Assembly: GCA_001783065.1 (NCBI GenBank)
Contig: MFQN01000007.1
Coordinates: 1-53,676 of the forward strand
DNA: 53,676 nt
Direction of reading: 5' to 3'
Source: Candidatus Magasanikbacteria bacterium RIFCSPLOWO2_12_FULL_43_12
GTDB taxonomy: Bacteria; Patescibacteriota; Patescibacteriia; Magasanikbacterales; UBA922
This document shows, one piece after another, positions 37,413-44,342 of this stretch (position 1 is its first letter; every line of letters begins with the position of its first letter). Both the position numbers and the translations under genes were made by a program. A model generated the notes under the pieces. That model was not told where the DNA came from. It was given only the letters and a program-made list of their open reading frames with translations, and searched no databases.

Positions 37413-38414
37413 TTAGTTCGCTAAAATTTTCTGCTTCAGCGCGAAACAATTACCGTGCTTCACTAATCCTAAATAAGAACGCAAAGTTCCTTCAGTCGGG
37501 TGAATTTTTATTCTCGCAAACATTCTATTTTTTGTTTTTGTACGCAGGACACGGTGGTCATTAAACAATACCCAACCAAGAAAATCCATACCAGAAGCAA
37601 TGGTTTTAATAAATAGTTTGTTTGGATGGAGTACGAGCGAAAGCTCGTCTCGCAAAAAATCTCTAATTTTTGGTATTAATTCTTCCAACCATTGTTTGTT
37701 GTGAGACAAAAACACAAAATCATCCGCATAGCGAATGTAATATCTTGCTTTTAATTTGTGTTTGATAAATTGATCAAGTTTGTTTAAGTAAATATTGGCA
37801 AAGAGTTGAGAGGTTAAATTGCCAAGTGGGAGGCCGTGTCTGTCATTGCGAGGAGTGAGGAACGAGCGACGAAGCAATCCAGTGTCGATTGGCGACTGGA
37901 TTGCTTCGCTCCCGTTGGTCGCTCGCAATGACGGATTGTTGCCTTTGTTTGAATAACTTTCAATCACCTCCTCCAATAATAAAATAATATTTCTGTCCGG
38001 AATATATTGTCTAAGAATATTTTTGAGAATATTATGGTCAATACTATCAAAAAACTTTTTAATATCGCATTTTAGTATCCAACAAGTACGAGTATGATTT
38101 TGACTAACTGCAAAAGCAAAAGAACGAAAATGATTTATTGCTCTATGCGTGCCTTTGTCTATACGGCAAGAATAAGAATCACCAATAAATGTTTTGTCAA
38201 AAAATGGGTAAAGTATTCTATAAACAGCATGGTGTAAAAGACGATCTCTGACCGAGGCCTTGTGAATGTGCCGACGTTTGGGGTCGTTGACGAAAAAACT
38301 TTCGTAACCACCGTGACTATAAGTAAAATTTGCCAAATCTTGATAAAGTGCTACAATGTTATCCATCAAGTCACGGGAGAATAATTGGACATCAGTTTTC
38401 TTTTTCTTGCCCAC
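37413..38414 (-). CDS. DGR-type reverse transcriptase (GTG start as annotated; N-terminus probably truncated; carries a 91-bp repeat insertion in frame)
   Basis: 333 aa. It has DRLLHHAVYRIL (motif 1/2 region), LKCDIKKFFDSIDH (motif 3), GLPLGNLTSQLFANIYLN (the DGR-specific [LIV]GxxxSQ motif 4) and YIRYADDFVF (YxDD). Confidence 0.85.
   Translation of the reverse strand: MGKKKKTDVQLFSRDLMDNIVALYQDLANFTYSHGGYESFFVNDPKRRHIHKASVRDRLLHHAVYRILYPFFDKTFIGDSYSCRIDKGTHRAINHFRSFAFAVSQNHTRTCWILKCDIKKFFDSIDHNILKNILRQYIPDRNIILLLEEVIESYSNKGNNPSLRATNGSEAIQSPIDTGLLRRSFLTPRNDRHGLPLGNLTSQLFANIYLNKLDQFIKHKLKARYYIRYADDFVFLSHNKQWLEELIPKIRDFLRDELSLVLHPNKLFIKTIASGMDFLGWVLFNDHRVLRTKTKNRMFARIKIHPTEGTLRSYLGLVKHGNCFALKQKILAN
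37842..37932. repeat. nested-palindrome element, copy E (in frame inside the RT gene)
   Basis: GTCATTGCGAGGAGTGAGGAACGAGCGACGAAGCAATCCAG...CTGGATTGCTTCGCT...GCTCGCAATGAC. On the minus strand it is translated as SLRATNGSEAIQSPIDTGLLRRSFLTPRND, immediately N-terminal to GLPLGNLTSQ. Confidence 0.85.
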
Positions 38415-38480
38415 AATAAAATCCTCTCAGGCCAATAACAAATTTTCTAAACCAAATTTTTCTGGTGGAGAATGAAAAAA

Positions 38481-38601
38481 CTGGCGGACGACGGCGAACG
38501 AGCAGTGCCCGTTCCAGACGCACTCGGCGGAGTCCAAGTAGAGCTTGCGGACGCCACCATTGCCGTTGACGTAAGGCACGAGACCGCGCCACACAGAACC
38601 G
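38481..38601 (-). repeat. DGR repeat in the template-repeat (TR) position, 66 bp upstream of the RT ORF
   Basis: 103/121 identical to 38965-39085 by hand alignment without gaps. It lies in no credible gene; only a 68-aa GTG-started ORF covers it. Confidence 0.65.
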
Positions 38602-38715
38602 TCACAAAATATACAAAACAGCGCCAATGCCACTGCCCCTAGAATACTCTCGGGGCTGAACCGAATTCGGAGACGTTATCTCCATACTGCTTTGTACCAA
38701 GTATTTTCATTTTTA

Positions 38716-38734
38716 ATCCTGATTAAATCAGGAT
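38716..38734 (-). other. 8-bp hairpin in the VR-TR spacer
   Basis: ATCCTGAT-TAA-ATCAGGAT. Confidence 0.5.
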
Positions 38735-38832
38735 AAAATTCAACCGCCCGAAGCCGTGTTCACTTCTTCAGCAAACAAAACCGCGGACTGTAGCGTTGAC
38801 TATCTACACTCTATTTTATCATAAAAAGAGGA

Positions 38833-38855
38833 ACCGTGCACTTCTGGTGCACGGT
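38833..38855 (-). terminator. hairpin / likely rho-independent terminator downstream of the DGR target gene
   Basis: 9-bp stem ACCGTGCAC / GTGCACGGT with loop TTCTG. On the minus strand it is followed by TTCCTCTTTTTATGAT. Confidence 0.6.
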
Positions 38856-38922
38856 ATCGGGCCGCTCCGTCGTGTGACGGAGGGATGGGAGAGAAAAGAG
38901 CGAAATCAGTGGGATAGGCCGC

Positions 38923-38947
38923 CGGACACCCGAGAACCGAGTGTCCG
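38923..38947 (-). promoter_or_regulatory. GC-rich hairpin 15-39 nt downstream of the target gene's stop codon (VR 3' end)
   Basis: CGGACAC-N11-GTGTCCG. Its position is analogous to the hairpin/cruciform that assists mutagenic homing in the Bordetella phage DGR. Confidence 0.45.
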
Positions 38948-38961
38948 AGCGACCAAGAAAC

Positions 38962-39606
38962 CTACTTGCGGACGACGGCGAACAAGCAGTGCTCGTCCCA
39001 GTCGTTCTCGGCGGAGAGCAGGTCGAGCTCGCGGCGGCCACCATCGCCGAGGACGTAAGGCACGAGAGCGCGCCACACAGAACCGAGGGCGAACACCAGA
39101 CAGTCCTTGTGCTTGTCAGGATTCTTGAGCCACCACCACAGCAACTCAACCAGAGTCGCCGAGCGATAGCCCTGCGAGTCAATGTAATCCTTGACTTCCT
39201 GCGTGGGCATCGTAGACCGGCCGAGCTCACGGAGCTTCTGCTTGATGGAGAGTGTCTCCACATGCTTCTGATCCAGATCGCCGCCATCGTACGGAAAATT
39301 CTTGCTGTTGATGTCCGAATTGCGGAACGAAACAAATCCGCACGCCGAAATCATCATTTCCAAGAACTTGTCCCACCAGTTGGCAGGAGCAGGGGCCGAC
39401 GTCGTCGGCTCCTGTCCAGCGATCAGCGCGGCCATCTTCTTGACCGTTTTGCGTCCATCCGGCTTGACCAGCTGGTGAAGACGCTCGTTGATAGCTTCCT
39501 CGTTGTCGCCGAGCAAATCCTTGAGCTCCTCCAAGAGCGCGCCGATCACAGACACAAGCCACCCGAGAACCTTCACGATCATGAACACGTTCTTCGCCTT
39601 TGGCAT
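38962..39606 (-). CDS. DGR target (variable) protein, membrane-anchored/secreted, with a C-terminal ligand-binding module carrying the VR
   Basis: The track ORF extends to 39642. The likely start is MPKAKNVFMIV (ATG at 39606) with GGAGGT 5 nt upstream. There is a hydrophobic N-terminus, GYRSATLVELLWWW is DUF1566/CLec-like, and the last 40 codons are the VR. Confidence 0.75.
   Translation of the reverse strand: MPKAKNVFMIVKVLGWLVSVIGALLEELKDLLGDNEEAINERLHQLVKPDGRKTVKKMAALIAGQEPTTSAPAPANWWDKFLEMMISACGFVSFRNSDINSKNFPYDGGDLDQKHVETLSIKQKLRELGRSTMPTQEVKDYIDSQGYRSATLVELLWWWLKNPDKHKDCLVFALGSVWRALVPYVLGDGGRRELDLLSAENDWDEHCLFAVVRK
38965..39085 (-). repeat. DGR variable repeat (VR), the last 40 sense codons of the target gene
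   Basis: It pairs with 38481-38601. The 18 mismatches all fall at codon positions 1 or 2. Confidence 0.7.
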
Positions 39607-39841
39607 GACGCACCTCCAACTTTTGGCTTGCCACTCACACAAAACACCATGTTCCGCGCCCCAGGCTTGCCAACCAAGGCCGAGATAACTCCCAGCCTTC
39701 TTTCTAACTTATTGCTAAAATAAGCCAAAAAGAAAGCTGGAAAAAATTATTTTTTTATAAGGAACTAACAAAGTATTGTACTACATTTTTAGAATCTTGT
39801 CAAGATACCTCCTTGTGCGCAATATTATAAAAGAACACCAA

Positions 39842-42800
39842 CTACTCACTCACCTCAACCCTCCCCTCTCCCGCCACTCTCTTCAACTCATCTTCAACAC
39901 CACTACTCCAATCAATCATTGCCTGCGCGCGGATAATATTGTCCGCGACTTTGACGAAAACCTGATACTCTCCCGGGTATTTTATAAATAAATTTTTTAA
40001 TTCTTGCGCCTTGTTTTTCAATTCTTCTTTACTTAAACTGATTGTTATCGCCTTATCCGGCTGATGTTGTTGAATGCTGTCGCTTGAAACACTTCCAATG
40101 GATAATTCGCGGCACACGCGCAAAGCGTTTTCTTTGGTGAGCAATAAAACTTTTTCAACAAACACTTTATTATCGCCTTTCTCTTTCGGCGTTTTGCCAA
40201 CCACGCAGACGATATTCCCCTCTTGCCACAAACCTTGCGTCTGTTCATATGTCTTGGGAAACACTAACAATTCCATCACGCCGGTAGTGTCTTGAATCGT
40301 GGCGAATATCATCACCTCGCCCTTTTTTGTGATTTTTTTCTTGATGGAATCAACAATGCCGCCGATTACCACCCAACTATCGCGCGGTGATTCCTCCACC
40401 TGATTCAATGGCACTAACGCGCGCGCCATCACCTTTTCAAAATATTCAAACGGGTGCGCGGAAACATACAGACCCAATAATTCTTTTTCCCATTTTAATT
40501 TATCGTCCAGACTCGCCGCCGAAGTATCTTTTAATTTAATTTTATTATCCAGCATTATATTTGAACCGGCAAACAAAGAATTCTGCGAAGTATTTTTGTG
40601 TTCGCGCCGTTCCCTGACAAAAGCCAATATATTCTCAACATTAAAAAGCAAAAGACCGCGGTCAAAACCAAAACAGTCCAACGCGCCGGACTTAATCAAA
40701 CTTTCCACTGATTTTTTATTTAAATCTTTATCATCAATCCGTTCCAACAGGTCTTCCAATGTCTTATACGGTCCTTGTTCTTTTCTTTCGCGATAAATCA
40801 CACCGCTGATATGTTCGCCTAAATTTTTAATCGCGTTTAAACCGAAACGGACGCGGCCAGGATCGCCGGGTTTGGATACCATGGCAAAATTACGAAAACT
40901 TTCGTTGACATCCGGCGGCAAAACTTCAATATTCATCCGCCGGCATTCGGCAACAATCTCCGCGACTTTATCGGTATCTCCTGACTCGGCCTGTAAAATC
41001 GCGGTCATATATTGCACCGGATAATGCGCTTTCATGTAAGAAGTTTGATAAGCGACGGTGCCGTAGCTTGCAGCGTGACTTTTGCCAAACCCATATGCCG
41101 CAAACGGTTCAATCATTTCCCACAACCGATTAATTTTTTCTTCCGACAAATTACCATTATCGCGGCAGCCTTGAAAAAATTTAATCTTCTGTTTTTCCAT
41201 TTCCGCGGGAATTTTCTTGCCAATCGCTTTCCTGAATTTATCCGCTTCGGTCCAACTATATCCGGCAAGTTCAATGGCGGTCAAAAGAACATCCTCTTGA
41301 TACACCAAAAGCCCGAAGGACGCTCCCAAATATTTTTCCATGCGCGGATCAAGATATTCAACCACCGCGGGATTGTGTTTACGGCGAATATATTCAGGTA
41401 TTGATTCCATTGGTCCCGGACGATACAAAGCGACCATGGCCATGATATCATCAATCGTCGTCGGTTTAAGTTCTTTCAACCAGCGCGTCATACCGGAACC
41501 ACCAAGTTGAAATGTGCCCATGGTTTCCCCTCGCGCGAGCATTTCAAATGTTTCTTTATCATCAAAAGGCAGTTTATAAATATCAATTTTTTCGCCGGTG
41601 GTTTTTTCCACGAATTCAACCGCTTTTCCCAAAATAGAAAGGTTGCGTATGCCCAAAAAGTCCATCTTTAACAAACCGGCTGCTTCCACCGCGTGCATTT
41701 CATATTGAGTAATTGTTTTTTCACCGCCGGTTTCTTTTTGCACCGGGGTAAAATCAGTTAATCGCGTTGGCGCGATAACCACGCCCGCGGCATGGATGGA
41801 AGTATGGCGCGCGCAACCCTCAACTTTTCTGGCCAAATCCAACAAAATTTTTACTTCCGGTTTTGAACCATAAAGTTTTTTTAAATCCGGCTCTTCAATC
41901 ATAGCGCGATCAATCGTCATGTGAAAACCCTGCGAACCCATCGGAATTAGTTTAGCCACCTGATCGCAAAAACTATAGGAATATCCGAGCGCTCGGCCAA
42001 CATCACGCACGCTCGCCCGCGCCGCCATGGTTCCGAAAGTGATAATCTGCGCCACTTTTTCTTTGCCATATTTATTGGTAACATAATCAATCATCTCATC
42101 GCGGCGATCATCGGCAAAATCCGTATCAATATCCGGCGGACTTGGACGAAACGGATTCAAAAAACGTTCAAACGGCAGTTTAAATCTGATCGGATCAACA
42201 GTTGTGATTCCCATTACGTAGGAAACCAAAGAACCGGCGGCCGAACCTCTGGTGGTTTCCACAATGCCGTGCTCCTTGGCATAATTGACATAGTCAGCCA
42301 CGCAAAGAAAATACGGCGAGTAGCCTTTCTCTCTAATAATTTTTAATTCATACTCCGCGCGGGTTTTAACTTCTTCGGTTATTGGCTGATAATAATCCCC
42401 GATTCTGGCATTAACAATTTCTTCCATCACTTCCGACGCGCTTTTCCCGATTGGTAATTCAACCGGCGCGAAATGCCAAGCGTTTAAATTGATTTCTAAA
42501 TTTATTCTTTCCGCTATTTTGACCGTGTTTTCAATCGCCTCCGGCACATGGCGAAAACGAGAAATAATATCTTTAGCGGAATTTAAAGAACGGTCCACCT
42601 GCCGAAAATCCTCGCGATTCATCTGACCGACTTTCCAGCCCTCGCGGATGCAGGTTAAAATATCTTGCGCTTCCGCGTCATCAGTTTCCAAATAATGAAC
42701 GTCGCGCGTTACTACCATTGGAATGCTGGTATCTTTAGATAATTGAATAATTTTTGTATTCACATCCAGCTGTCCTTCAATCGCCGGATGATCTTGCAGT

Positions 42801-43324
42801 TCTAAATAAAAATTTCCTTGGCCAAAAATTTCATTATATTCCAACGCCGCCTTTTTCGCCTTGGCTAAATTATCCTGTTTTAATAATTGCGGCACTTCCC
42901 CATTGATACAGCCTGACAAAGCGATAATATTTCCGGAATATTTTTTTAGCACTTCTTTGTCAATCCTCGGTTTGCTGTTAAAAAAACCTTCCAAATGCCC
43001 GATCGACGACAAACTCATTAAATTTTTATAACCCTCGTAATTTTCCGCTAACAAAATCAAATGATGCATCTCTTTATCTATTTGCGGATCTTTATCAGTC
43101 AATTTCCGCGGACCAAAATACGCCTCAAACCCAATAATCGGTTTAATGCCTTCCACGCGGCAAGCCTCATAAAACTCAATCGCGCCATACAAAGAACCAC
43201 TGTCAGTTAAAGCCAAAGCTGAAAAACCGCGCTCTTTCGCGGCCTTAACCAAGGGCTTGATCTGCGTCAAACCGTCCAGTAACGAGTAATGTGAGTGAAC
43301 ATGTAGGTGAACAAATTTATCCAT
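39842..43324 (-). CDS. dnaE: DNA polymerase III alpha subunit
   Basis: About 1160 aa. The PHP domain begins FVHLHVHSHYSLLDG, followed by GCARHTSIHAAGVVI and GLLKMDFLGIRNL. The start is taken as MDKFVHLHV (ATG at 43324). Confidence 0.9.
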   Translation of the reverse strand: MDKFVHLHVHSHYSLLDGLTQIKPLVKAAKERGFSALALTDSGSLYGAIEFYEACRVEGIKPIIGFEAYFGPRKLTDKDPQIDKEMHHLILLAENYEGYKNLMSLSSIGHLEGFFNSKPRIDKEVLKKYSGNIIALSGCINGEVPQLLKQDNLAKAKKAALEYNEIFGQGNFYLELQDHPAIEGQLDVNTKIIQLSKDTSIPMVVTRDVHYLETDDAEAQDILTCIREGWKVGQMNREDFRQVDRSLNSAKDIISRFRHVPEAIENTVKIAERINLEINLNAWHFAPVELPIGKSASEVMEEIVNARIGDYYQPITEEVKTRAEYELKIIREKGYSPYFLCVADYVNYAKEHGIVETTRGSAAGSLVSYVMGITTVDPIRFKLPFERFLNPFRPSPPDIDTDFADDRRDEMIDYVTNKYGKEKVAQIITFGTMAARASVRDVGRALGYSYSFCDQVAKLIPMGSQGFHMTIDRAMIEEPDLKKLYGSKPEVKILLDLARKVEGCARHTSIHAAGVVIAPTRLTDFTPVQKETGGEKTITQYEMHAVEAAGLLKMDFLGIRNLSILGKAVEFVEKTTGEKIDIYKLPFDDKETFEMLARGETMGTFQLGGSGMTRWLKELKPTTIDDIMAMVALYRPGPMESIPEYIRRKHNPAVVEYLDPRMEKYLGASFGLLVYQEDVLLTAIELAGYSWTEADKFRKAIGKKIPAEMEKQKIKFFQGCRDNGNLSEEKINRLWEMIEPFAAYGFGKSHAASYGTVAYQTSYMKAHYPVQYMTAILQAESGDTDKVAEIVAECRRMNIEVLPPDVNESFRNFAMVSKPGDPGRVRFGLNAIKNLGEHISGVIYRERKEQGPYKTLEDLLERIDDKDLNKKSVESLIKSGALDCFGFDRGLLLFNVENILAFVRERREHKNTSQNSLFAGSNIMLDNKIKLKDTSAASLDDKLKWEKELLGLYVSAHPFEYFEKVMARALVPLNQVEESPRDSWVVIGGIVDSIKKKITKKGEVMIFATIQDTTGVMELLVFPKTYEQTQGLWQEGNIVCVVGKTPKEKGDNKVFVEKVLLLTKENALRVCRELSIGSVSSDSIQQHQPDKAITISLSKEELKNKAQELKNLFIKYPGEYQVFVKVADNIIRAQAMIDWSSGVEDELKRVAGEGRVEVSE

Positions 43325-43336
43325 AAAACGGCTAAG

Positions 43337-43422
43337 CAAAGAGAATAATCATTTTTGAAGCGAGGACTGTGTGACGAGCTCGCGCGAGGAGTTCCGCAGC
43401 GAAAAAATGATTATTCTCTTTG
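43337..43422. repeat. 86-bp palindromic element with 20-bp arms in the dnaE/mtnP divergent spacer
   Basis: The arms are CAAAGAGAATAATCATTTTT / AAAAATGATTATTCTCTTTG. The core GAAGCGAGGA...CGAGCTCGCGCGAGGAG resembles the interior of the GTCATTGCGAG family. Confidence 0.7.
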
Positions 43423-43585
43423 TGTAAATAGAAAACAGTCAGTGCTATATTATAATATCTGTACTTTTTTGACAATGCCGCTTGTCATAACACAAAACAC
43501 AGATAACAAAACACAAAAAAACGACACGATTGTTGCCAAAAATCAACCGCAATGTTAAAATCAACTTATGCTTAATAGATATGCT

Positions 43586-44335
43586 ATGCCAAAAATCGGC
43601 ATTATCGGCGGGTCCGGATTGGATAGCCCCAACATATTGGAAAAAAGCCAAGAAAAGACCGCGGAGACTAAATACGGCAAACCATCTTCTTCGCTGATTG
43701 AAGGCAAAATCAGCGGCGTTGACGTGGTTCTGCTTGCCAGACATGGCCGCGAACACACCCTACCGCCGACGCAGGTAAATTTCCGCGCTAATATCTTGGC
43801 GCTAAAAAACGAGGGTTGCACTCATATTTTAGCTACCACAGCGGTTGGATCATTGCGCGAAGAAATCGGACGCGGACATTTGGTTATTCTTGACCAATTT
43901 ATTGATTTCACCAAACATCGTTTTTCCACTTTTTACGAAGAATTCGCGCCGCATCAGCCGCAACACACGCCAATGGCCGAACCGTTTTCCGTTGAACTGC
44001 GCGAACTTCTAATTAACGGCTGTAAAAATTTGAATTTAACTTTTCACGATAGAGGCACAGTGGTGACAATTGAGGGACCGCGTTTTTCCACCAAAGCGGA
44101 AAGCAAGATGTTTAGAGCGTGGGGCGCGGATGTAATTAATATGAGCATCGCGCCGGAAGCGACATTGGCGAAAGAGGCCGGCATACCATATGCGGCGATA
44201 GCCATGTCAACAGATTATGATTGCTGGAAAGAAGACGAGGAGCCGGTCAGCTGGGAAGCAGTGCTTAAAATTTTTAAAGAAAATGCGGAAAAAGTAACGA
44301 ACCTTATTCTTCATACCATTCCAAATATAAAATAA
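43586..44335 (+). CDS. mtnP: S-methyl-5'-thioadenosine phosphorylase (PNP family)
   Basis: It has [33 protein letters not shown] and [10 protein letters not shown]. The track ORF begins 18 nt earlier. Confidence 0.8.
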   Translation: MPKIGIIGGSGLDSPNILEKSQEKTAETKYGKPSSSLIEGKISGVDVVLLARHGREHTLPPTQVNFRANILALKNEGCTHILATTAVGSLREEIGRGHLVILDQFIDFTKHRFSTFYEEFAPHQPQHTPMAEPFSVELRELLINGCKNLNLTFHDRGTVVTIEGPRFSTKAESKMFRAWGADVINMSIAPEATLAKEAGIPYAAIAMSTDYDCWKEDEEPVSWEAVLKIFKENAEKVTNLILHTIPNIK

Positions 44336-44342
44336 AGCTTCT

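Noticed and set aside
37413-38414. The RT as a group II intron maturase or a retron RT.
   Set aside because: There is no X/maturase or En domain. I could recognise no intron domain V/VI-like RNA structure flanking it, and no msr/msd-like inverted repeats. The [LIV]GxxxSQ motif plus an adjacent repeat pair at the 3' end of a neighbouring gene fits a DGR.
38427-38429. Genome-wide UGA reassignment (code 4 or 25, as in some CPR lineages) as the explanation for the in-frame TGA upstream of the RT.
   Set aside because: Long housekeeping ORFs such as dnaE and pheT are intact under the standard code. TGA clearly terminates the genes at 268 and 1418. The genome therefore uses TGA as a stop.
38392-38633. 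ORFs 38427-38633 (-) and 38392-38592 (-) could be small genes, for example an accessory Avd.
   Set aside because: They are simply translations of the TR-position repeat. At 66-68 aa they are too short for Avd, have no ATG start, and show no four-helix-bundle-like sequence. The same-frame relation to the RT is reported as a finding instead.
38796-39723. ORFs 38796-39128 (+), 38811-39335 (-), 38941-39723 (+) and 39227-39634 (-) overlap the DGR target gene.
   Set aside because: They are alternate-frame or antisense ORFs in GC-rich DNA, with Arg/Pro/Gly-rich nonsense translations. The 38962-39606 frame has a strong RBS and a hydrophobic N-terminus, and its C-terminus coincides with the VR.
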